Below, one piece after another: positions 1 through 8,013 of a DNA stretch of 64,000 bases (the first letter of the stretch is position 1; each line of letters begins with the position of its first letter). The translations under genes were made by a program, and so were the position numbers. The notes under the pieces were generated by a model, which was not told the origin of the DNA, searched no databases, and was given only the letters and a program-made list of their open reading frames with translations. Source of the DNA: Puniceicoccaceae bacterium (GTDB taxonomy: Bacteria; Verrucomicrobiota; Verrucomicrobiia; Opitutales; Oceanipulchritudinaceae); assembly GCA_040830765.1 (NCBI GenBank), contig JBFOMH010000013.1, positions 1 to 64,000 on the forward strand, given 5' to 3'.

Positions 1-22
1 CCTTATTCATTCCCTTTCCCGT

Positions 23-98
23 GCCGGACTAGCTCAATTGGTAGAGCAGCGGACTCTTAATCCGTTGGTTCAGGGTTCGAGTCCCTGGTCCGGTACCA
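23..98 (+). tRNA. tRNA-Lys (CTT)
   Basis: Cloverleaf: acceptor GCCGGAC/GTCCGGT, anticodon arm GCGGA-CTCTTAA-TCCGT, T-loop TTCGAGT, encoded CCA. Confidence 0.97.
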
Positions 99-101
99 TC
101 G

Positions 102-177
102 GCCAGCTTAGCTCAGTTGGTAGAGCAGCTGATTTGTAATCAGCAGGTCGTCAGTTCGAGTCTGACAGCTGGCTCCA
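102..177 (+). tRNA. tRNA-Thr (TGT)
   Basis: Acceptor GCCAGCT/AGCTGGC, anticodon arm GCTGA-TTTGTAA-TCAGC, T-loop TTCGAGT, encoded CCA. Confidence 0.97.
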
Positions 178-221
178 TGCTTCGCCCCTCGCTCCACTCG
201 GGGCTACGCATGGCGCAGCCA
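175..221 (+). repeat. tRNA-trailer hairpin element, copy 1
   Basis: CCATGC-TTC-[hairpin]-TAC-GCATGG-CGCAGCCA; same scaffold follows tRNA-Pro at 34595-34631. Confidence 0.7.
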
Positions 222-274
222 CTTTTTGTTCAAGACCGTAAACATACGCCCTTCTTCATGCACTCATTAGCGGT

Positions 275-1012
275 CTATCCTATTTTTAGCTTTTGCTCGA
301 TGATGGTCCTTGAGTCCGCGGGATCGAGGGCACAGAGCGGGTTGAGGGAGTCCATCCAGACAAGCCCCGCGCTCTCGGGCAATGTCCGGTTCCATTGAAT
401 ATCACGATGGCGCAGCAGTATGGGGAGAATGCCGGCCCCTCGGGCACCCTGGATATCATTAACCAGGTCGTCGCCAACATAGACGGCCTCTTCAGCTGAA
501 ACCCCCAGTGAAGAAAGCATCCTTTGGAATCCCTCCTTGTGGGGTTTGGCAGGCATGTCCTGTCCGCCGCAAAGGACCACCCTGTCGAACGAGGCATGGA
601 GCTCCGGCAAGCGCTCAAGGCGATGAAAATCTCCACCCGTGGATGAGGCATTCGTTATCAGACCGAGAAGAAAGTGTTTCTTCAGTTTCCCGAGGACGGA
701 AATGGTCTCCGGAAAAAGGGCACTGCCGTTGTCAACGAGGCTCCAGTAGCCATCCCTCCAACTGAGAAGAAGGTCCTCTCCGGGAGGATTTTCAAACTCC
801 TGGCAAAAGGCCCTCCATTGCTCCAGTTTCTGTTCCGGTGTGTCAGCCGAACCCCTCCTCCTGAATTCGCGGTAGCTGGTGATAAAGGGCTCCCATCCGG
901 ACAGCTTCAAGAAGGTGAATATCTCCTTTTGCAGCCAATGTTCAGCGGCCCGGAAACCTTCAGCGGAATTCACCACGGTCTGGTCAAAGTCGAACAGGAC
1001 TGCTTTCAACAT
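275..1012 (-). CDS. HAD-superfamily hydrolase, subfamily IA
   Basis: Motif I DFDQT, motif II ITN, motif III/IV KP...YVGDDLVND. Confidence 0.85.
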   Translation of the reverse strand: MLKAVLFDFDQTVVNSAEGFRAAEHWLQKEIFTFLKLSGWEPFITSYREFRRRGSADTPEQKLEQWRAFCQEFENPPGEDLLLSWRDGYWSLVDNGSALFPETISVLGKLKKHFLLGLITNASSTGGDFHRLERLPELHASFDRVVLCGGQDMPAKPHKEGFQRMLSSLGVSAEEAVYVGDDLVNDIQGARGAGILPILLRHRDIQWNRTLPESAGLVWMDSLNPLCALDPADSRTIIEQKLKIG

Positions 1013-1059
1013 AAGTGCGCCTTGCAGGGGGATTCCAGAAACAATTCCGCAAAGGGGGA

Positions 1060-2448
1060 CTAGTCACGTCCCCACTTTTCCAGGTACTGGCTGAAGAATT
1101 CCTCCTCAGTCGGAATTTTTTCAGGTATCGGAGTCGTGACAAGGGTATAGTTGAGGAAGTGTCGCCAGTCGATGTTTTCGGATGTCATGTTCCCGGCCCA
1201 TGACCCGCAACCGATGGTGTCTGTAGTCGGAATTCCGCTACACCATCCACCGCTGTTGGCGGCAGTGTGGCCCATGTTGCAGACAACACGGCCAACATTT
1301 GCCTTGAGGGATAGCTCGTTTCGACGCTCTTCCTTCATGGAATGGATGGAAACGGAGTGCCCCTCACCGGAGTATTTCAGTATTTGCCCGACCCGGTCGA
1401 CAATCTCGCTGAAATCGTTCCACTTCCAAACCGTCAGGACAGGACTGATCTTCTCACCGGAAAACGGGTCCTCCGGTCCCGGCTTGATTCCCATGACCAT
1501 CAGGACCCGCGTTTCAGGCGGCACCTCAAGTCCTGCCTGGGCGGCGATCCAGGTTGCCTGTTTGGCGACCACATCGCGGTTCAGGTGCTCCCCGTCCGGC
1601 CAGTAATATTGTTTCAGGAGTTCCCGTTCCTTCTCCGAGCAGAGATAACAGCCTTGCGCCTGCAACTCGGCCAGCATGGCCTCGAAGATCGATTCCTCGA
1701 GTGCAACCGCATTCTCCGAAGAACAGGAGGCTGAATTATTGGCCGTCTTTGACTTGATGATCTTGGCCGCTGTCGACTCCAGGTCGACGGTTGAATCGAC
1801 AATCGAAACGACGTTGCCCGAGCCCACCGTGTGACAAGGCTTGCCGGATTCATAGACCACCTTGACGAGGGCCGCGCCGCCCGTGGCCACGGCAAAATCA
1901 CATCGCGACATGAGGTGCCGGGTTTTTTCCCGGCTGGATTCACGGATGCACAAGAGCAGGTCTTCCGGAGCCCCAACTTTCCTGAGAGCCTTGCGCCCCT
2001 GCTCAACTGCCTCGTAGGTGCTTTGCTGGGTCCTCGGATGGGGCGAGGCAATCATCGCGTTGCGTGTCTTGAGGAGGCTCAACCCAATGCAGCAAATCGT
2101 CGATTCCGGATTCGTACAGGGAACGACACTCGCCACCACCCCGATCGGCTTGGCATAGCGTTTCAGGCCCTTTTCCGGGATATCCTCGACCAGGCCGCAG
2201 GTCTTTGCCCCCACTTGGTCACGAAGGGTGCCCATGGTCTTGGTATGGATCTTAGCCACCTTGTCCTCGTAAACACCGATACCCGATTCCTCGACTGCCA
2301 ACCTTGCCAGTACCTTGCGGTTTTCCAGCTTTTGCCATTCCCAGGCGGCCGCGAGAACCATCTCATCAACCCGCTCCTGCGGCCAGAATTCGACCTCCTT
2401 GAAGGCCTTCCTTGCCCGTACATACAGTTCTTCAATGTCCTTTTCCAT
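1060..2448 (-). CDS. CoA-acylating aldehyde dehydrogenase, SauS/AdhE-N-like
   Basis: PCTNP, ATGG, GSGN, catalytic SCSSEN, GEKISPVL, GCGSWAGN. AAAW and DKxxKxHxKTxGxLRD recall sulfoacetaldehyde dehydrogenase SauS. Start set at MEKDIEE (ATG 2448, preceded by GAAAGGG). Confidence 0.85.
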   Translation of the reverse strand: MEKDIEELYVRARKAFKEVEFWPQERVDEMVLAAAWEWQKLENRKVLARLAVEESGIGVYEDKVAKIHTKTMGTLRDQVGAKTCGLVEDIPEKGLKRYAKPIGVVASVVPCTNPESTICCIGLSLLKTRNAMIASPHPRTQQSTYEAVEQGRKALRKVGAPEDLLLCIRESSREKTRHLMSRCDFAVATGGAALVKVVYESGKPCHTVGSGNVVSIVDSTVDLESTAAKIIKSKTANNSASCSSENAVALEESIFEAMLAELQAQGCYLCSEKERELLKQYYWPDGEHLNRDVVAKQATWIAAQAGLEVPPETRVLMVMGIKPGPEDPFSGEKISPVLTVWKWNDFSEIVDRVGQILKYSGEGHSVSIHSMKEERRNELSLKANVGRVVCNMGHTAANSGGWCSGIPTTDTIGCGSWAGNMTSENIDWRHFLNYTLVTTPIPEKIPTEEEFFSQYLEKWGRD

Positions 2449-2458
2449 GACAACCCTT

Positions 2459-3481
2459 TCAATGAGAAGCCTGACTTGGATCCTCAATTTCCTCTTCGAT
2501 GGCATATCCACTGCCATTCAGTTCCTTGCGGCGCTCAAACTCGGCTTTCCATTCTTCAAGGGAGTGGGTCTGAGCCGGTTTGGCTTGCTGCTTCCCTTCT
2601 GCAAATGGGGGAACCGGTCGGTCCCCCGGACCGTCATACAGGTCCTTCGGAGTCAGGGTTTCCCCAAGACGCGTATGGCCCTCGCGTTCAATTTCCTCTA
2701 TGCAATGCGCACCAGTCCCGATGGACCGGGTCACCGCAATCAGGGTCCATGTGGCTTCAGGTGTGAAGCCAAGATCAGCCATGACAGCGGCAATCGCGCC
2801 CAGGAGGTCAATATCGACCGCATCAGCACTCGCTTCCCGGGCCGCCTCGACAATGGCCTCCATCAGGGCAACAGACTCTCCGGCAACACCCAGCTTCACG
2901 GCCCGCGCCAGCAGGCGCTTGGCCGCCGGATCCTTCAACATGAGGTCGGAAACCCCGAAGGCCTCATCATCGCTGAATTCACGGACATATTCGGCGGCCG
3001 CCTCTTCCAGAGTCACCTCACCCGCATGCACTTTCTTCAGCGAGTCTGCCAGCCGGGTACCGATTGCGGCATAGGCACCGTAGGCGTGACCAAAGGCAAG
3101 GATCGAAGCCCCGCAGGCCTGCGTCAGGAAGGTCTTGGACCGGGCCGTCAGGCGAGACATGGCGGCCGGCATGGAGAGGCCGTCCTCGAGGGACAGGATC
3201 AGGATGTAGTTGAGCATCTGTTCCTCTTCCTCCGTCGGGATTCGTGCCTGGAAGTCCACAAACATGACATCAATGACGCCATAGCCTTCCTCGACCAGCT
3301 CCGTAGTGTCATACCCGCGCGTGACGATTCTGTGGATGTTCTTGTAGGCGATTTCGGAAACCCAGCGGAAAGGGTGCCTGCTGGCATCCGGATCCACCGT
3401 CCCGTGCTCCCGGTTCATGTAATCATAGGGCAACTTCGGGTCGCTCAGGTTGCCTATTCTGTTCTCTTCTAAATTACCCAT
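2459..3481 (-). CDS. Citrate synthase/citryl-CoA lyase-fold protein, degenerate subunit B
   Basis: TRGYD..ELV, RIPT..E..ML, DLGF, RSIGTGAH, YDGPGDRPVP; catalytic His/Asp motifs replaced. Confidence 0.75.
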   Translation of the reverse strand: MGNLEENRIGNLSDPKLPYDYMNREHGTVDPDASRHPFRWVSEIAYKNIHRIVTRGYDTTELVEEGYGVIDVMFVDFQARIPTEEEEQMLNYILILSLEDGLSMPAAMSRLTARSKTFLTQACGASILAFGHAYGAYAAIGTRLADSLKKVHAGEVTLEEAAAEYVREFSDDEAFGVSDLMLKDPAAKRLLARAVKLGVAGESVALMEAIVEAAREASADAVDIDLLGAIAAVMADLGFTPEATWTLIAVTRSIGTGAHCIEEIEREGHTRLGETLTPKDLYDGPGDRPVPPFAEGKQQAKPAQTHSLEEWKAEFERRKELNGSGYAIEEEIEDPSQASH

Positions 3482-4395
3482 TGCTTGTATTCTCCTTCCT
3501 CCTTCTGCTTCTTAGCGTAGTCCTGGCGCTCGGAAAGTTTCGGAACGCGCCGGTCCACCGGCCCGACATACTTGATCATTGAAAGGTCCAGCATCTGCAC
3601 CATCGGCTCGTTGCGCGAGGCCGCCCAAGCCCTCCCCTTCTTGAGGGTGAACACCGCATGGGCCGCGCAGCTGTAGCCCCGGACCAGGCTTCCGATACAC
3701 CATGCGGCGTTGGGGGAAAACCCGATGTCACAAAGGGCCGTGTTACCGGCACCAACGCAATTGACCGGAACATAGGAACGGCCCTCCTTCTTGCGGCGGG
3801 CATGGAAGTGCTTCTCGATCGCTCGCTGCAACTTGAGATAAATACCGTCCAGATCGAGTTCTTCCTGCTTGAGATGGGTTGGCTCGGCCCGGGGATCACC
3901 ATCCCTGTGTTGGGGCTGTCCCATCCCCATAACCGGCTGGTTGTGGTCCATGTAGTCGTCGACCAGGATCTTGGCGATTTCCTCCACGGTTTTCCCTTCT
4001 TCAAGCGCGCGCTCGAGATACTTGTTCATCATGTACCCATGGGCCGCTCCCGGACCGTGGGCGCCCCCGAAGGTCATGACCGCGGCCGCCACGGCGGCCG
4101 GTAGATTGGGACGCCCGGCAGTGACAGCGATAGCCGAGGCCGCCGACGGGGACATGGAGTGCTCCATGAATTCCCCCATCTCGTACTTCAGCATCTTTTC
4201 CTCCGCATCCGTGGGAATGCGTCCTTGGAAGAGGACGAAAATCGCATCGCAGAGGGAATATCCCTCCTCTGCAAGATCGCTCAGGTCATATCCACGAAGA
4301 ACGGTCTTTTCTTCCGTCTTGTAGCCGATGGCCGTCTTTCGCTTGAAAAACGGGTCCCGGCAAGCGGGCGTTTTCTGCTTCGTAACTTTACTCAT
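3469..4395 (-). CDS. Citrate synthase/citryl-CoA lyase-fold protein, subunit A
   Basis: TAI..LRGYDL.DL, GRIPT, EHSMSPS, AHGPG, GMGQ..H..GDPR, NCVGA, DIGF, YVGPVDR; overlaps the downstream paralog by 13 bp. Confidence 0.8.
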   Translation of the reverse strand: MSKVTKQKTPACRDPFFKRKTAIGYKTEEKTVLRGYDLSDLAEEGYSLCDAIFVLFQGRIPTDAEEKMLKYEMGEFMEHSMSPSAASAIAVTAGRPNLPAAVAAAVMTFGGAHGPGAAHGYMMNKYLERALEEGKTVEEIAKILVDDYMDHNQPVMGMGQPQHRDGDPRAEPTHLKQEELDLDGIYLKLQRAIEKHFHARRKKEGRSYVPVNCVGAGNTALCDIGFSPNAAWCIGSLVRGYSCAAHAVFTLKKGRAWAASRNEPMVQMLDLSMIKYVGPVDRRVPKLSERQDYAKKQKEEGEYKQWVI

Positions 4396-4457
4396 CTTGG
4401 TCCCTTCTTTGTCTGCTTAATCTGTGTTTCCGGCTGTATCCCCGAGACTGTAAATCG

Positions 4458-5333
4458 TCATATCCGCCGGTCGGAAATTGCCTCGAAAGTATCCTGGACT
4501 GTCTCCAGGGCGCCTGGCCGGATGCCGCAGATCTCGGTAACCAGCAAATCGAGGATGAAGTCCCTTGGTGAATTGGGGAAAATCTCGCATGAAAACGGAT
4601 CCCGGTCGGAGGCCCCGACGAGGGTATAGTCCGCTACCTCACCCAAGGGGGATTTGATAAAAGCGGTCAGGGCCACCACTAGGGCACCCTGTTCCTTGGC
4701 AATGCGGGCTGCATTGACCAGGTCCTTCGTCGCCCCGGAAAAGCTCATTCCGAAAAAGACATCACCCTTCTTCATCGTCGCTGCGCGAATCGCCATGGTA
4801 TAGCCTTCGCAGTCCGCAGCCGAGTATATCCCAACCCGGCTCAAGCGGTAATTCAATCCGTGGGCCAGCGAGGCGGAACCGGCTATGCCGGCAGCCAGGA
4901 CAAAATGAGCCTTGGCCAGGCAACGGGCCACCTTCTCCATCGTTCCGGGATCAATCAGTTTCGCCGTGTTCAGGATATCGGACTGCAATTTCTGGATATT
5001 GCCCTCCAGCGGGGTGTGCCGGTCCGTGGGCTTCCTTTCCTTCGCATCCCGTAATTCCTGCGCCAGCAATACCTTGAAGTCCTGAAAACCTGTACAACCT
5101 ATCTTCTGGCAAAAGCGGATTATCGTACCATACCCAAGGCCCCCTTCCTGGGCCGCTTCAGTAATCGAGAGGTAGACCGCCTCAGGGTGGCGCTGGAAAT
5201 AATCACCGACCCGGGCCTCCGCCTCGGTCAGGGAATTCCGGAGAAGATTCAGGCGCATCGGGAAAGTCAGGTTGCCCAAGGCCTCCGCGCCGTTATCGGG
5301 ACCACTCCCCTTGCTCCTTACCGAACTGTCCAT
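4458..5333 (-). CDS. RpiR/MurR-family transcriptional regulator (HTH + SIS)
   Basis: LTEAE..VGDY, TIIRFCQKIGCTGFQDFK HTH; SFSGAT and SPL SIS motifs. Confidence 0.92.
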   Translation of the reverse strand: MDSSVRSKGSGPDNGAEALGNLTFPMRLNLLRNSLTEAEARVGDYFQRHPEAVYLSITEAAQEGGLGYGTIIRFCQKIGCTGFQDFKVLLAQELRDAKERKPTDRHTPLEGNIQKLQSDILNTAKLIDPGTMEKVARCLAKAHFVLAAGIAGSASLAHGLNYRLSRVGIYSAADCEGYTMAIRAATMKKGDVFFGMSFSGATKDLVNAARIAKEQGALVVALTAFIKSPLGEVADYTLVGASDRDPFSCEIFPNSPRDFILDLLVTEICGIRPGALETVQDTFEAISDRRI

Positions 5334-5421
5334 ACCCCATGGTGAATATTTTATCCAACTTCATCAAGATTAAAGATTATTATATCCACAGGGATGGTGT
5401 GAACGGATTACGAACGGGTGG

Positions 5422-6765
5422 TTACGCATCCCCTTTCGTATCCGCTGGGACCGCGTTCCATTTCGGAATGAGGATGATGGCGGCCAGAAGGACAAACACG
5501 CCCATGCCGTTGAAGAGGACATTCCAGCCCCAGATGGATGAGATGATACCCGGCAGGGAAAGTCCAAGGATCTGACCGGTGGATCCCATTCCGTTGATCA
5601 GTCCGGCAGCCGAACCTGCACCCTTTTTGGTCCCGAAATCCACCGCGGTGGTGCTGGCAATGAGGGCATCCGGGCCGAACAGGAAGAAACCCACGGCCGC
5701 GAGAGCGATGACCATCGAGACAGTTCCACCGCCCGATGTCAGCGTGTTGAAGGAGAACAGAATACCCGCCAATACCAACAACCCGAGGATTATGGCCGGC
5801 ATGCGACGGGCTTGGAACCATTTATCGGAGGCATAACCGAAGAAGATTACCCCGATTGGTCCGGCTGCCTCAAACACGGCGCTGATCAGCGCGCTTTCCC
5901 CGATATTGCTGCCCAGCCGTTCGTACACGATCAGGGGTCCCCAGAAGAGAATTGCGTAACGTGTTGGCTTCAGGAGGAAGTAGATCGCCGCCAGGCGAAG
6001 AATCATGGGGTTCTTGAGGACAACAAGGATTTCCTTCAAGGAACCTCCTTCGCCCTCGCTGGCGGTTTGGTCGCCGGCCTGTTGTGGGGAGCGCCTCTCA
6101 CCCTTGTATTCCTCAATTTCGCACAATCCGACATCCTCCGGCCGGTTCCGCTGGAGAATCCAGAACAAGCCTGCAATGCCCGCCAGGACGAGCGCGCAGG
6201 CGAAAAAGGCAGCGCGCCAAGTGCCGTACATGAGAGCGATATACCCTGCAAAGGCGCTGGCGAGCATTCCCCCGATGGCATAGTTGGTCGACCAAAAGCC
6301 ATAGACCCGGCCGCGTTCCCGGCGGGCAAACCAGTAGCTGACATTCTTGGTCAGGGGCGCCCAACCGGATGCCTGGCACAGTCCCTGGAAGAAGAGCAGG
6401 AGTCCGAATATGATGAAGTGATAGGACAGGCCGAACAGGATCGCCACAACCACGGAGCCCATCATGCCGCTCAAGACAATGCGACGGGAGCCAAAACGGT
6501 CGCCCAGCGCACCCCAAATGAATTGCCCGAGCGCGTAAGCCACACCATAGGCGCCGTCAACAATACCAAGGGCAGACTTGCTGACCTCGATCGCCGGATC
6601 CTCAAGGATACCAATCTTGGCGACGGCGTAGGCCTTTCGCGTGAAATAGAATCCAACATACCCCAGCCAGGTAATAAAGAAAATCCTCCACCGCCACCGC
6701 TCGTATTTAGCCTTGAAGTCATGATCCATGGGTTCGGGAGCGGTTTCATTTTCCATTGTATTCAT
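5422..6765 (-). CDS. MFS transporter, organophosphate:Pi antiporter (GlpT/UhpT) family
   Basis: YFTRK, G.LGDRFGSR, WFARRERG..YGFWST, multiple hydrophobic TM segments. Confidence 0.88.
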   Translation of the reverse strand: MNTMENETAPEPMDHDFKAKYERWRWRIFFITWLGYVGFYFTRKAYAVAKIGILEDPAIEVSKSALGIVDGAYGVAYALGQFIWGALGDRFGSRRIVLSGMMGSVVVAILFGLSYHFIIFGLLLFFQGLCQASGWAPLTKNVSYWFARRERGRVYGFWSTNYAIGGMLASAFAGYIALMYGTWRAAFFACALVLAGIAGLFWILQRNRPEDVGLCEIEEYKGERRSPQQAGDQTASEGEGGSLKEILVVLKNPMILRLAAIYFLLKPTRYAILFWGPLIVYERLGSNIGESALISAVFEAAGPIGVIFFGYASDKWFQARRMPAIILGLLVLAGILFSFNTLTSGGGTVSMVIALAAVGFFLFGPDALIASTTAVDFGTKKGAGSAAGLINGMGSTGQILGLSLPGIISSIWGWNVLFNGMGVFVLLAAIILIPKWNAVPADTKGDA

Positions 6766-6785
6766 GCCAGTTCTTTCCCCTTTCT

Positions 6786-7886
6786 TCAGGATTCGGATTC
6801 GATACGGACACCCACGCGATGCGCCCCGGAGGAAAGGGCGTAGGAGAAGGCCTCGTCAACAGAATCGAGATCAAAGCGGTCATGCACCAGTTCGAGAAAA
6901 GGAAAGTCGGAATAGTGTTGCTCCATGAACTCGACCGCGGCCACAAAGTCCTCCAGGTTGTAATTGTGCAGGCCCTTAATGACATGCAGGTTCCGGACGG
7001 CCTGCTCGGCGTTCACGGCGACGGCCCGCTGAGGAGAAACGGCGCCGACCCAGACGGCAGTGCCACCAATTCCCAATGACTGGAGAGATGCCTCCATCGC
7101 ATCAGGTGACCCACTGAAATCAAGGGCGACATCCAGGGAATCCTCCCCGAGAATATTCGTCACCAAGTCCTTCAGGGGCGGCCCGTCGGGTTTCACGATA
7201 AGGGTATCGTCCACCCCGAAAGCCCTGGCTGTTGCCAGGCGCTCCTCGCTGATGTCGACGGCGATAACCCGGCGCGCTCCATGCGCCCGGCACATGGAGC
7301 AGGCAATGATACCCAGCATTCCCGCACCCGTGATCATCACATTACGGTTCTCGACCACTTCAGCCAACCGCAGGGAACCGGCGACCGTGGCCACCGAGCA
7401 GTTGATGAGGGCAATCAACTGCAGGGGAACAGCTTCGCGAAGTTTGAGGATGGGCGTATAGCGGCGAAGGATGCAATACTCGCTCAATCCCCCATGCAAG
7501 TGGCTGTCCGGTTCGATCCGTTCATGCCCATACTTGAAAAGGTCCTCGCTCTTCTGGGGGATCCCCCGTCGTGCCATCGCCGATTCGGGATTGGCGGCAT
7601 AGATAGCCCAGGAAAGCCGATCACCCACAGCAAGCGCATCACCCCTGGCATCATGGGTCGGTGCACCGGGACCAAACGCCTCAATTGAACCAGCGATCTC
7701 GTGCCCGAGTATGGTCGGTGTCTTTTCGGTACGCAGGCCTGAGAATGTGTGAAGGTCGCTACGGCAAATCGTTGTGTACTCGTTCCTGACAAGGATTTCA
7801 CCTTCCTTCAATTGGGGGATCTCGACGGCTTCGCTCGCAAAGGGAGCATTCGGCTGGTTAAAAATGGCCGTCCTGCTTGTTTTCAT
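6786..7886 (-). CDS. Zn-dependent alcohol dehydrogenase, HpnZ-like (phosphonate-catabolism-associated family)
   Basis: ICRSDLH, ILGHE, RGIPQK..LFKYGHE, NCSVAT, GAGMLG, GLHNY; start taken at MKTSRT. Confidence 0.8.
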   Translation of the reverse strand: MKTSRTAIFNQPNAPFASEAVEIPQLKEGEILVRNEYTTICRSDLHTFSGLRTEKTPTILGHEIAGSIEAFGPGAPTHDARGDALAVGDRLSWAIYAANPESAMARRGIPQKSEDLFKYGHERIEPDSHLHGGLSEYCILRRYTPILKLREAVPLQLIALINCSVATVAGSLRLAEVVENRNVMITGAGMLGIIACSMCRAHGARRVIAVDISEERLATARAFGVDDTLIVKPDGPPLKDLVTNILGEDSLDVALDFSGSPDAMEASLQSLGIGGTAVWVGAVSPQRAVAVNAEQAVRNLHVIKGLHNYNLEDFVAAVEFMEQHYSDFPFLELVHDRFDLDSVDEAFSYALSSGAHRVGVRIESES

Positions 7887-8013
7887 GGATAAATGCATAA
7901 GTGGATTCGCAGTGGACGGCAATCATGAAGCGTCCCGGGAATGAGTACGGAAGGACTTTAAAATTGCAGACCGGTGGTTAATCGGCCAATATCCTTTCCG
8001 AAAGGAACACGCC

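Noticed and set aside
117..398. 93-aa ORF here, and ORFs at 33045-33380 and 34413-34793
   Set aside because: They overlap tRNA genes, repeats or antisense CDS and show no protein-like motifs.
275..1012. HAD protein as phosphonatase PhnX
   Set aside because: Motif I is DFDQT with the second Asp retained, not the DxAGT of PhnX; it looks like a generic HAD-IA hydrolase.
2459..4395. Ordinary citrate synthase or ATP-citrate lyase
   Set aside because: The catalytic Asp/His motifs are substituted, and no citryl-CoA synthetase subunits lie nearby.
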